Of a DNA stretch of 64,000 bases, positions 30,645-40,979 are shown in pieces. A model generated the notes under the pieces. It saw nothing but the letters and a program-made list of their open reading frames with translations. It was not told the origin of the DNA and did no database searches. How positions within the stretch are numbered: the first letter of the stretch is position 1; every line of letters starts with the position of its first letter. A program made the position numbers and the translations under genes. Source of the DNA: Leptolyngbyaceae cyanobacterium (GTDB lineage Bacteria > Cyanobacteriota > Cyanobacteriia > Phormidesmidales > Phormidesmidaceae); NCBI GenBank assembly GCA_965263355.1, contig CBDHHL010000032.1, forward strand, positions 2,720,001-2,784,000, written 5' to 3'.

Positions 30645-31988
30645 TTATTTTTGTGATTGTTGTTTAGGTTGTTGTTGAACGCCCAATAACTTTGCTAGTG
30701 GGGACTTTTTGCGTCTCAGTACAGCTATGTATTTTTCTTCATCATAAGGGACACCATCTTGCCAACAGCGCCAGAGAATTCTTCCCCACTTATAGGCCAA
30801 GGCACGAATCGCTTTAGGATGACTTTTACCTGATTGCTTCTGCTGTAGATAAAAGGCTTGGGACCAAGTCGAATGTCGACGCGCTTGATCGACCCATTCA
30901 ACAAAGGTTTGTCTGAGGAAAATTGGACATGACCAACGCCAATGAACCCAGCACTTTTTGCCGCTTTCCTCCTTGACAGGGGCAATACCGATATAGCTCA
31001 TAAAGGCCTGAGCCGACGTAAAGCGCGTGCGGTCTTCGCCAAAGGCGACTAACAGTCGTGGCGCTAGATGCGGTCCGGCTCCCGGTAAGGCCTGAAATAA
31101 CTCGGCATCTGGCAATGACTCAAACAGGTTAGCAATCTGTTGGTTAAATTCAGTTAATTGTTGTAAAACAACCTTAAGCAGAGTGATTAGACTTAAAGTC
31201 AGTGTTTTAGCCGGTATCACAATGGCGTCATCCTCAGTCAGCGGTGGGCCTGCGTCTTTGATTTGCTGAATCCTACGCTGAATCGTCGTCCGTCGAACAA
31301 CATGATGGCGATGGAAAAACTGAGTGATTGTTTCAGGGGTCGCTGCTTGGGCCGCTTTGACATCGTCGAACTGCTCAATAAACTCACAAAAGACCTGCGT
31401 ATCTTTATCTCTAAACCAATCAAGAACTTGAGGAAAATAGGATTTGAGTGATGCGGTGATACGGTTAGTCAAACGCACCTTTTCGCCCACTAACATCCGA
31501 CGCGATTCTACCCATTGTCTGAGGGCACGATGTTCAGGGCACCCTGCCACCCAAGCCTTTAGTTTATTGCCATGCTTACGCATTAACTCCACCAGAATAC
31601 GGGCATCTACGGGGTCGGATTTGGCTCGTGATGGCTGAAACGCTTTTCGATAGTTGGCCACCGTTCTGGGATTAATGGGAAACAGCACTAAATTGTCATA
31701 CTGACACAGCGCATAGAGTAGAGGCCCTCGCTGTTGTTCAAGAGCAACCGCAATTTTGCCAGGACCATACCGTTCTCGGAGTTGTGTGACCCAATCCAGA
31801 ATAGCTTGAGGATGGTTTTGAATAATACTATTTTTCCAGGTGTCTGTTGCACAGTCATATACCGCAATGTCATTTTTTCGGTCAGCCCAGTCAATGCCCA
31901 CATAGGCCACATAGTCAATCGACTCGATGGCCTTAGGCATAGGTGTTTCTGAAGCTGAGTCTGTAGTTATGGTTGGGGCTATTGTCAT
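30645..31988 (-). CDS. IS110 family transposase/recombinase (diverged paralog of 20469-21752)
   Basis: 'VGIDW', 'ALEQ', 'AKSDPVDA', 'EESGK'. Confidence 0.95.
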   Translation of the reverse strand: MTIAPTITTDSASETPMPKAIESIDYVAYVGIDWADRKNDIAVYDCATDTWKNSIIQNHPQAILDWVTQLRERYGPGKIAVALEQQRGPLLYALCQYDNLVLFPINPRTVANYRKAFQPSRAKSDPVDARILVELMRKHGNKLKAWVAGCPEHRALRQWVESRRMLVGEKVRLTNRITASLKSYFPQVLDWFRDKDTQVFCEFIEQFDDVKAAQAATPETITQFFHRHHVVRRTTIQRRIQQIKDAGPPLTEDDAIVIPAKTLTLSLITLLKVVLQQLTEFNQQIANLFESLPDAELFQALPGAGPHLAPRLLVAFGEDRTRFTSAQAFMSYIGIAPVKEESGKKCWVHWRWSCPIFLRQTFVEWVDQARRHSTWSQAFYLQQKQSGKSHPKAIRALAYKWGRILWRCWQDGVPYDEEKYIAVLRRKKSPLAKLLGVQQQPKQQSQK

Positions 31989-32029
31989 TGTGTTAGATTA
32001 GAAGCCAATTTGTTTAACAGGGGTACGTC

Positions 32030-32310
32030 TGCTACCTACTTGAAGAGCGAAAAGATTATGGAAGCGATTGAATCCCCTTCCCTGAGAGTTCGTTTAAGAC
32101 AAGTAGGACAAAGACCAGAGGCGAGGCGATATGTTAGTAGTCATTGACTGACGTGCGTTGGATAGTCGTCCTCTAGTCCTAGCAGACAAGCCCCATTTTT
32201 TGACTTTACGCTTTTCTTGACAGTTGGGATGAGTGAAGATGAGGAGCGATGCGATATGTTAGTAGACATGCAGGCTGTCGCTCGTTGCATAGTCGTCTCC
32301 TCGGTTCGTC
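32030..32310 (-). ncRNA. Predicted bridge RNA with two target loops and one donor loop
   Basis: Units at about 32241-32302, 32118-32173 and 32047-32093 with the same scaffold as element 1 but different variable guides. Confidence 0.75.
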
Positions 32311-32440
32311 CCCCATAACTGCGTCGGTGCGGACGGAACCAAAGTTATTGCTGAGGATTTAAGGTTATCTGCCGCCGCACAACTTCATCGTTAGCCCAAT
32401 AACCTGAAAAGCAGCTTCACCAGGGAAAAAAGACGCATTA

Positions 32441-34015
32441 ATGGCGAAGAAAACGAAATCAACAAAACAGCAAAAATCCTTTGAGCAAAATCTTTGGGAC
32501 ACCGCCGATAAGCTGCGCGGCACGGTGGAATCTTCTGAGTACAAGCATGTGGTCCTCAGTCTGATCTTCCTGAAATTCGTCAGCGATAAATTCGAGACCC
32601 AGCGCCAGAAGCTCAAGGACGAGGGCATGGGCGACCACCTAGACATGGTCGAGTTCTACGCCAAGGATAATGTCTTCTACCTACCCGAGGCGGCCCGCTG
32701 GTCTACGATCCAAGCGCAATCGAAGCAGGATGATATCGCCCTGCGCATTGATACTGCCCTACATACGGTGGAAAAGACGAATAAGGCGCTGCGCGGTGCG
32801 TTGCCGGATAACTATTTCTCCCGTTTGGGCCTGGATACGGCGAAGCTGGCTTCGTTGATCGATTCCATCAGCGATATCGACACGGTGGCGGACAAAGAAG
32901 AAGACGTGGTGGGCCGGGTCTACGAATATTTTCTCGGCAAGTTCGCGGCGACGGAGGGCAAGGGCGGCGGCGAGTTTTATACCCCTAAGTGTGTGGTTAA
33001 TCTGAACGCGGAGATGATTGAACCTTACCGGGGCAAGATCTACGACCCCTGTTGTGGTTCGGGCGGTATGTTTGTGCAGTCGGTTAAGTTTGTGCAGAGC
33101 CATCATGGCAACCAGAAGGATATTTCGATTTACGGTCAGGAACAGACGGGTACGACCTACAAGCTGGCCAAGATGAACCTGGCAATTCGGGGGATTGCGG
33201 GCAATTTGGGCGAGGTGCCTGCGGATACGTTCTTCAAGGATCAGCATCCGGATCTAAAGGCGGACTTCATCATGGCGAATCCGCCGTTTAACCTGAAGCA
33301 ATGGCGGGCGGATGATGAACTTACGGATGATCCGCGCTGGGCAGGTTATGAGACGCCGCCCACGGGCAATGCCAACTATGCCTGGATTTTGCACATGGTC
33401 AGCAAGCTTTCGGAGAACGGTGTTGCTGGCTTTGTGCTGGCCAATGGTTCGATGAGTACGAACACAAAGGGGGAGGGTGAGATCCGCCAGAAGCTGATCG
33501 AGAACGATCGCGTTGATTGCATGATCGCGCTGCCGGGCCAGCTTTTTTACACGACTCAGATTCCGGTTTGCCTTTGGTTTTTGACGAAGAATAAGCGGGC
33601 GCAGACGGTCACCAGCCACAGCGAAAGTAACTATCGCGATCGCCAGGGCGAAACCCTATTCATTGATGCTCGCAATATGGGCAGCATGGTCGATCGCACC
33701 CACAAGGAACTAACGGCGGCGGATATTGCCACCATCGCCCGTACTTACCATGCTTGGCGGGGGGAGGCGAAGGATGGAGCCTATGAAGACCAGCCGGGGT
33801 TCTGCAAGGCGGCGACGTTGGCGGATATTAAGGCGAATGACTATGTGCTGACGCCGGGGCGGTATGTGGGGGCGGCGGCGCTGGAGGATGATGGGGTGCC
33901 GTTTGAGGTGAAGATGGGGGAGCTGACGCAGCGGTTGTATGGGCAGATGCGGGAAGCGGAGAAGTTGGATGGGGTGATTCGGAAGAATTTGGAGGCGTTG
34001 GGCTATGGGGAGTAG
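32441..34015 (+). CDS. hsdM: Type I R-M methyltransferase subunit
   Basis: 'GEFYTP', 'YDPCCGSGGM', 'ANPPFN'. Confidence 0.95.
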   Translation: MAKKTKSTKQQKSFEQNLWDTADKLRGTVESSEYKHVVLSLIFLKFVSDKFETQRQKLKDEGMGDHLDMVEFYAKDNVFYLPEAARWSTIQAQSKQDDIALRIDTALHTVEKTNKALRGALPDNYFSRLGLDTAKLASLIDSISDIDTVADKEEDVVGRVYEYFLGKFAATEGKGGGEFYTPKCVVNLNAEMIEPYRGKIYDPCCGSGGMFVQSVKFVQSHHGNQKDISIYGQEQTGTTYKLAKMNLAIRGIAGNLGEVPADTFFKDQHPDLKADFIMANPPFNLKQWRADDELTDDPRWAGYETPPTGNANYAWILHMVSKLSENGVAGFVLANGSMSTNTKGEGEIRQKLIENDRVDCMIALPGQLFYTTQIPVCLWFLTKNKRAQTVTSHSESNYRDRQGETLFIDARNMGSMVDRTHKELTAADIATIARTYHAWRGEAKDGAYEDQPGFCKAATLADIKANDYVLTPGRYVGAAALEDDGVPFEVKMGELTQRLYGQMREAEKLDGVIRKNLEALGYGE

Positions 34016-35087
34016 GAAAAGCTCAAAGCTCCAAAAGGGTCAAGGCGCAGACTTACCTGAAACCTCACAACTGGTGCAGGATATCAGACAACTCATTGAT
34101 GGAACCCGTGCGGGGGTAGCAGCTACAGTGAATGCGGGCTTGACCCTGCTGTATTGGCGTGTTGGCGAACGGATTCGCTGTGAAGTGCTCTTGGAAGAAC
34201 GCGCTGAATACGGCCAGAAGATTTTGCCGACACTGTCTGCAAAATTAACGAAGGATTACGGAAGAGGATGGAGTGAGCGTAATCTGGCCTATATGGTTCG
34301 TTTTGTTGAAGTATTTCCACAGATTGAGATTTTGCAGACGCTATGTGCAAATTTGAGCTGGAGCCATTTCAAAGACATTATCTACATTGATGACCCACTG
34401 AAGCGTGAGTTCTATGCGGAGATGTGCCGGGTCGAAGGTTGGAGTGTCCGAACGTTACGGCAAAAAATTGATGGGATGCTCTATGAGCGCACGGCGATCT
34501 CAAAGCAACCTGATGAGGTGATTCAGCATGAGCTAAAGGAACTGAAGGAGGCTGACAAGCTTTCTCCGAATCTGGTCTTTCGTGATCCTTACTTTCTGGA
34601 TTTTCTGGGGCTGAAGGATCGCTACCTAGAGAAGGATTTGGAAGATGCGATTTTGCGAGAGCTGGAAAGCTTTCTGCTGGAGCTGGGCAGTGGGTTTGCG
34701 TTTCTGGCGCGGCAACGGCGTATTCAACTGGATAATGATGACTACTATATCGACCTGCTGTTTTATCATCGCCGCTTAAATCGGCTGATTGCCATCGATC
34801 TGAAGCTGGGGGATTTTAAGGCGGAATATAAGGGGCAGATGGAGCTGTATCTGCGTTGGCTGAGTAAGTATGAAAAGCAAGCGGGGGAGAATGAACCGCT
34901 GGGGCTGATTCTCTGTGCGGGTAAAAAGCAGGAGCTGGTGGAACTGCTGGAGCTAGACCAAGCGGGTATTCATGTGGCGGAGTATTTCACGGAGTTGCCG
35001 CCGAGAAAGTTGCTGGAGGATAAGCTGCATCAAGCCATTGAGAATGCTAGGGAGCGGATTGAAAATAGGGGGAGTGAAGATGAATAA
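34005..35087 (+). CDS. YhcG/DUF1016 PD-(D/E)xK nuclease-domain protein
   Basis: 'LSWSHF', 'RDPYFLDFL', 'LELGSGFAF', 'YIDLLFYHR', 'GQMELYL'. Confidence 0.9.
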   Translation: MGSRKSSKLQKGQGADLPETSQLVQDIRQLIDGTRAGVAATVNAGLTLLYWRVGERIRCEVLLEERAEYGQKILPTLSAKLTKDYGRGWSERNLAYMVRFVEVFPQIEILQTLCANLSWSHFKDIIYIDDPLKREFYAEMCRVEGWSVRTLRQKIDGMLYERTAISKQPDEVIQHELKELKEADKLSPNLVFRDPYFLDFLGLKDRYLEKDLEDAILRELESFLLELGSGFAFLARQRRIQLDNDDYYIDLLFYHRRLNRLIAIDLKLGDFKAEYKGQMELYLRWLSKYEKQAGENEPLGLILCAGKKQELVELLELDQAGIHVAEYFTELPPRKLLEDKLHQAIENARERIENRGSEDE

Positions 35088-35179
35088 GCGGTTAGAACTG
35101 ACCCAGACGCTGTATCGGCAGAGGTTGGAGTCGGAGCGGTTGGATGGGGTGATTAAGGAGAGTTTGGAGGGGTTGGGTT

Positions 35180-36094
35180 ATGGAAGGTAATTGGCACCAA
35201 AGCACTCTCGGAAACATCGCCAGCCGAGAAGGTAATGGCCTGGTTGATGGTCCTTTCGGCTCAAATCTTCCTGCATCTTCCTACACAGAAACTGGAGTGC
35301 CAGTTATCAGGGGCAGCAACCTGACTCTAGGGTTAGGTCGTTTCAATGCAGAGTCATTTGTTTTCGTCTCAGAAGAAACCTCTCAAAGACTATCTCGAAG
35401 TTTGTGCAAACCACAGGACATTGTTTTCACTAAAAAGGGAACTCTTGGGCAAACTGGATTGATTCCTGAGAATGGCTATGCGCAGTACTTGATTTCTTCA
35501 AATCAAATGAAATTGAGAGTAGACAAGGCCTTAGCCGATCCTCTTTATGTCTATTATTATGTTTCTTCTCCTCAAAGCGTTCAAAAAATATTACGTGACT
35601 CAGAAGCTACTGGTGTTCCTAAAACGAACCTCGCCTACCTGAAAGACTTTCCAATTCAACTACCATCCCTTTCTAAACAAAAAGCGATCGCCCACATCCT
35701 CGGCTCCCTAGACGACAAAATCGAACTCAACCGCCAGATGAACGAAACCCTAGAGGCCATGGCCCAGGCATTGTTCAAGAGTTGGTTTGTGGACTTTGAC
35801 CCGGTGATTGACAACGCCCTGGCCGCAGGCAACCCCATCCCCGAAGCGCTCCAGGCTAAGGCAGCAGCACGGCAGGCCCTGGGCGACAAGCGCAAGCCCC
35901 TGCCCGAGGCGATTCAGCAGCAGTTTCCCAGTGCGTTTGAGTATAGCGATGAGCTGAGCTGGATTCCAAAGGGTTGGAAAGTTTTACCTTTCGCTAGCCT
36001 TGCGCACTTAAACCCAGAATCATGGACAAAAAAGAATGCTCCAGATAAGGTCTTTTATGTTGATTTATCCAACACTAAGAATGGAAAAAAATAA
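35180..36094 (+). pseudogene. hsdS: Type I R-M specificity subunit truncated by ISL3
   Basis: One TRD plus 'QKAIAHILGSLDDKIELNRQMNETLEAMAQALFKSWFVDF'; second TRD cut at the IS end. Confidence 0.85.
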
Positions 36095-37379
36095 GGCTCT
36101 ACCGGATTAATTATGCAGCCACAGTAGGAAAATGCCAACAAATCAGACAACGTAGTCTGAACCGCTCGAAATTTCTGAAGCCATAGCCAGAGCGTTTTAT
36201 CAGCTTCAGGCGATTGTTGATGCCTTCGACGACCCCACTGGTGGTTCTATTCTCAAAGTATTGAATGATCTCGCCAAACCACCGGCTCATGGTTGCAACT
36301 GCTGCCGGGAAAAGGGCCTGAGCATCTGCCATCCAGTCCAAAAAACCGAGCGTTGCTTGGGCACAATTGCCATTGCTAAACAAGGCTCTGAACGCCTCCT
36401 TGTGTTGATGCATCAGCGCCAGTTTAGGCGAAACCGCTTTTACCTCGGCCAGTTTATCTATCTGGAGCTCACTGAGGTTTTCCTCTGGCTTGAGCAAAGC
36501 ATACTTGCTGTTCTTAAGAGCGGCTTTGGCATCCTCAGGAGTGACCCCTTCCGGCAGCCCCTCGGGGGCTCGAATGAAGGCATTACGAGCCTGGTTGAGT
36601 TCTTGATTGACCAACTTCATCACATGAAATCTATCGGCCACAATCTCAGCTTGAGGCATCAGCCGACGCACCAAGCCTCGGTAATTGCCAGACAGGTCAA
36701 TGCTGACCTCCACGATGTTCGATAAGACCTCCTCTCCCCAGGGCTCTAGCACCGCTTTGATGTCGCGATGAGTGCGTGAAGGCGCCATGCCAATCAGTTG
36801 GTGGCTATCGAGGTCACTTAGAACCACCGCAAAGTCCTTGTGACCTTTTCGCACAGCGATTTCGTCGATGCCCAAACGCCGCAGGCCGCTCAGGTCGATG
36901 CGGACTTTTTTTCGCTCATATACTCCACCATTGACCACACCAAGTCTTCACTGAGTCCATGATGACGGGCTACATTGGCTATGTCACTATGAATCACTTG
37001 CCCGACAATCACCTGCGCATATCGGTCAGTGTAACGACGACGCGCACCGACAAAATCAAGCACCTCACTGAAGGGTTTACCGCAGGTCGCACATTTGAAC
37101 TGACGGCGGTTGACTCGCAGCCAAGTCTTGCGATAGTGGCTGATCGGCAGGTCTCTCACCAAATACCCATGATTCTGATGCAGATGGTGGCTCACGCTCC
37201 CACAGCGAGGGCACATGGCAGACTCCTCGTGGGCTTCCACACTCAGAATCAGACCTTCCTCGGTTTCTTCATAGGACTCGACATCAATGTCCGCTAAGCC
37301 CAATAACTCAGTCAGTAGGGGAACCATTGCTGAAACGGTATAGTAATGACTACATCAGCATACTAATTCCTGAAGAGCC
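36095..37379 (-). mobile_element. ISL3-family insertion sequence (transposase in two ORFs, 36890-37327 and 36111-36938)
   Basis: IRs GGCTCTACCGGATTAATTATG / CATACTAATTCCTGAAGAGCC; zinc finger CPRC..CATC, 'GIDE', 'DRFHV', 'EGINNRLKLIKR..YGFRN'. Confidence 0.9.
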
Positions 37380-37587
37380 GAACGTATTCAAATAAGAATG
37401 TCTTTTATGCTGGCTGCTTGACACAAGTGCCTCAAACGTAGAATATCTGTAATGAAAATTCGAGATTTTCAGGCGATGTGTCAAGCAATCAGCGTCTTTT
37501 ATGACCTGTAATCTATTGCCTAGTGTGTGTGTTCTGGAAAAATCATCTGAGATATCTAGAATGTTGTATGGTAACTGGGTGTAGGGG

Positions 37588-39305
37588 ATGACGAACAAAG
37601 ATTTATTAGATATACAATCTATTTTGGGAAAGGGGGGTGGTGTGGTTGCTGCACAAGCTATTGCTTCGAATACCGTAATTGAAATTGCTCCTGTTGCTCC
37701 TTTTCCAGCGACAGAGCGTGTGAGTATTGATGCAACCCATCTTGGCAAGTATTATTTTGTTCAGCCAGAAGCTTATCAATATGGAAAAAACGTTGACGGA
37801 TATTTGGTTTTTGAGCAGCCCAAGGAAAAAAGCATCCAATGGTTACCTGATAGCTATGTTGTTGCGGTGACGGGAATTTCAACGAACCATTTTTCTAATC
37901 CTGGCAGTCGTTGCCACTGTTTTTCCAGCTCATCCATAGCACTCGCCGACAAGCTAACCCCGGTCTCGTATATCTGAGTGATCAATTTCACCACCGGGTG
38001 ATTGCCCTTAAAAGTTAACGTGGCCGCAAAGTTCAGTACCGTCTCAACGCTGTCTAGCAGATCCCCATTCCAATGTTGTTCTAACCAACCAAAGGTGCGC
38101 TCAACGGGATTGTATTTACTGTGATAGGGGGGATAATAGGCTAACTGCAAGGGAATGTGTTCTCGATTCACCCACTGCACCAATCGAAACATAAATTGAG
38201 TGCGTCGTGACTGGTTTTCGGGACCGTTGTCGAGATTAATCACCCACTTTTGAATCTGGGGAAACTCAACTTTAATGTCGTTCCACCACTGTTCAAGTAG
38301 GTCAACGAGGCAGTCTGCGGTGACCTTGGAGGTCACAAAGAACAAAGATAAACGGTCGTATTGAGGCAAATAAATCCCCACAGGTGTCAGCGTCTGAGTG
38401 GGCTTAAAATCATGGTCTGCTGCCAGGGTGGGAACCCGATTTTTTTCCCCCTCGGTCATAGTCGCCGATATTAATGGTCGCCTTAGCATCGATGGAAATG
38501 CGCAAGGTCGATTCATCGGCATCCGCCTCCGCATTGACCCGACCCACTTGGTCAAAAATGGCGTCAGTTTCGGGAATTTTCTTTTGGGGTTTGGCTTTGA
38601 TCACTCGTCTTAAACAATAGTTCATCTCATTGAGCCGTTGACGAATCACTTCTGAGGTCGGTAACTCGTCGTCACGATACCCCGTTTGCTCGATCAATTG
38701 ACGACGTACCTCGGGGGCACTGATACGGGTATACAACCGCTCACTGCGTAAACTCGGATCTGCTTGGGTGAAGGGATCGACTATTGCACGAATATCGTCT
38801 TGTAACTTGGGCAACCTCGACTCAACTCGTTTACGTCCTCGACGGCCAAAGGCATCTTCAATCGGAGTCCCACTGGTTAACTCCTGCATCCCTTTACGAA
38901 TCGTGCCACGGTTCCATCCCAACGTCTGTTCGGCACGGGTTTGGCCTCCTATCCCCAACTCCTTGACCACCTTGGCCATAAACTGACGACGATGGGTGCC
39001 CTTTAGCTGGTTGGCGGTTTCTATAAATAGGGCTTTGAGAGAATCAGTTAATTCAAGAGACGTGGATGCCACAGAGCTGATTTAGAAATAGTCGACTGCT
39101 CTGACTATTATAGGATGATTTATTTATTTGGTAGCTCTTTGGCCTTGCTTCGCTATGCAATCATGCCAGCATACCGAATGCAAAAGTTGATTGGGTAACC
39201 AATGAAATTGGCTTGTGGGCCCATCTGACCAGCATTAAAGATATTGCAGCAGGTGAAGAGGTAACTCTCTATTACACCAATATCGATGAGTACCAATTCT
39301 CGTAA
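37588..39305 (+). pseudogene. SET-domain protein gene interrupted by ISAzo13
   Basis: 'GKGGGVVA..I..NTVIE' before the IS; after it, in frame, 'FGLASLCNHASIPNA...DIAAGEEVTLYY' ending at TAA 39303-39305. Confidence 0.85.
37813..39137 (-). mobile_element. ISAzo13-family IS (transposase frameshifted: 38410-39072 and 37854-38555)
   Basis: About 25-bp imperfect IRs GAGCAGCC../..GGTAGCTC; TTT target duplication; 'ISIDAKA', 'DNGPE', 'YYPPYHSKYNPVER'. Confidence 0.9.
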
Positions 39306-39344
39306 AAGTACTGTGTAAGTAACTCAAAGTTCAGGGCAGTGTAG

Positions 39345-40244
39345 ATGCAGAAAACAGATTTTTATTTGCTCACTGATGCAAGTATTTTGTGCAGTTACCT
39401 AACCAACCGTTGGTTGGCAAGATTGGGGGAGCATCCTGGATTTTGCGGTGTTGTGGTAAGAGAAAAACGTCCAGATGAATCTGTCTTACAACACCGTCAT
39501 GCATTCCATGCTCAGTACGCAGGAAAACATGAACTATCTGTAGACCAATGGAAGGAACTGATAGCACTGTATCCAACAATTAGTGAGGCAGAGCAAGCCA
39601 CCATAGAGGCTATGGTAAACGCCTATGGGCTTTGTCCGTATGCAGTCAGCGATCACCCAAATACGATCTTCCTTGATCACGATGTAAATAGTGAAGCTGC
39701 TCAAAAATGGCTGCAGTCAATTACTCAAACCACTTCATTGCCTTGGCTATTTAGTTGTATCGGACAAATTTTCAAACCACTTTGGATAGAAACACTGCCT
39801 GGGCGTTTGGTCAATAGCCACACTGCTGTATTGCCTTACGCAAGAGGAATTTACACTATTGAAAATATAGCTGCTACACAAGATATCTCAGCATTGCGAC
39901 AATCTACAGGTTTTACCATTCATTACATAGATGCACAAGTTGATACGGGAGCAATTATTCGCACCGAACGTGTTGTTGATCCCTTTAGATTTGATACTTT
40001 ATGGGATTTGAAAGCGTACATTTACATGAGCAGTTTCGATTGTTACATTAGTACAGCTGAAGCAATAGTTAACTGCTCTGAAACTGTTCCTGCTGGTATT
40101 ATTGCTGACCCGGCTTTGCAAGGGCGCAATTTCAAGAGCAAAGATTTTTCTGTAGCTAAGAAGATTGCTGCAGAAACAGGTTATGCAGCAATGAAGAGAC
40201 TGATTAAATCTAGTGCAACTAGGTTACCTAGTGCATCGAATTAG
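39345..40244 (+). CDS. Formyltransferase-domain protein
   Basis: 'VNSHTAVLPYARG', 'TGFTIHYIDAQVDTGAII'. Confidence 0.8.
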   Translation: MQKTDFYLLTDASILCSYLTNRWLARLGEHPGFCGVVVREKRPDESVLQHRHAFHAQYAGKHELSVDQWKELIALYPTISEAEQATIEAMVNAYGLCPYAVSDHPNTIFLDHDVNSEAAQKWLQSITQTTSLPWLFSCIGQIFKPLWIETLPGRLVNSHTAVLPYARGIYTIENIAATQDISALRQSTGFTIHYIDAQVDTGAIIRTERVVDPFRFDTLWDLKAYIYMSSFDCYISTAEAIVNCSETVPAGIIADPALQGRNFKSKDFSVAKKIAAETGYAAMKRLIKSSATRLPSASN

Positions 40245-40543
40245 AACCTTGAGACTCGATAGTAATAAGTCTTCTTGAGACTCAAGTTATCAGAAGTTTT
40301 ATAGTAAACTACATTCGTTTCGAAGGTTGTGGTAGGTTTGAGCGATTGTTCTTTACTCTCTTCCCAGCCTAAGATTGCGTATAGTGCCTAGCCAGTAATC
40401 CCTTCAAGCAGTAAGTTTTGCTAGTTTGTCTCTATGCATTCTTGCGGCGGGACGGGAGTAGGTGTTCAGATTGGTTAACAACTCTGCAGGAGCAGACGGA
40501 TTGCAAGAATCAGGCATTTTTCACAAAATACTGACCGCCACCC

Positions 40544-40627
40544 AGCTAACATTGCGTTGCAACGGCGGAGCATAAGCAGTTGATCAAAGGCTAAAGTTAC
40601 TACCGCCGTTGAACTTCGCCGTTAGCC
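40544..40627 (+). other. Intact attC site
   Basis: AGCTAAC-attgc-GTTGCAAC-GGCGG...CCGCC-GTTGAAC-ttcgcc-GTTAGCC. Confidence 0.85.
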
Positions 40628-40979
40628 ACTTAACAAATACAAGCAAAGGAGATGATGCAGGTAACACAAAATATAAGGAAGATTAAAGAATAATTATTAT
40701 TACCAAACTTAACAGGAACCTCATGGGAAGCGCTACGTCATTGTACTTATGAAACATAAGGTAATCCAGAATGAGAGGACGTGTACGTTTAGACTAACTG
40801 TGTTGCCAATGCTGAATAAATCAGTCGGAAAATAAAATTTATAAACACTTCAAAACTTTAAGATTGTTTAGATCTTAGCTAATTAAGAGATTTGAACGAT
40901 TTCATCAGAAAGCTCGGGTGCACATTTTTATCCGGATCTACTAATCCACTTCAGAATGTTTGCTCAATAAGCATTTCGT

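Larger units (their letters stand above)
30377..32317 (-). mobile_element. IS110-family element 2, inserted in attC
   Basis: Ends ATAGTCCCTGAGGCGGACGAG...TTCGTCCCCCATA; same insertion point as element 1. Confidence 0.9.
30370..32396 (+). other. attC site split by an IS110 insertion
   Basis: Reconstituted GCCTAAC-actgc-GTCGGTGC...GCACAAC-ttcatc-GTTAGCC. Confidence 0.85.

Noticed and set aside
38440..38455. Programmed frameshift in the ISAzo13 transposase
   Set aside because: The break lies in adjacent G/A homopolymers, so I cannot distinguish it from a sequencing error or decay.
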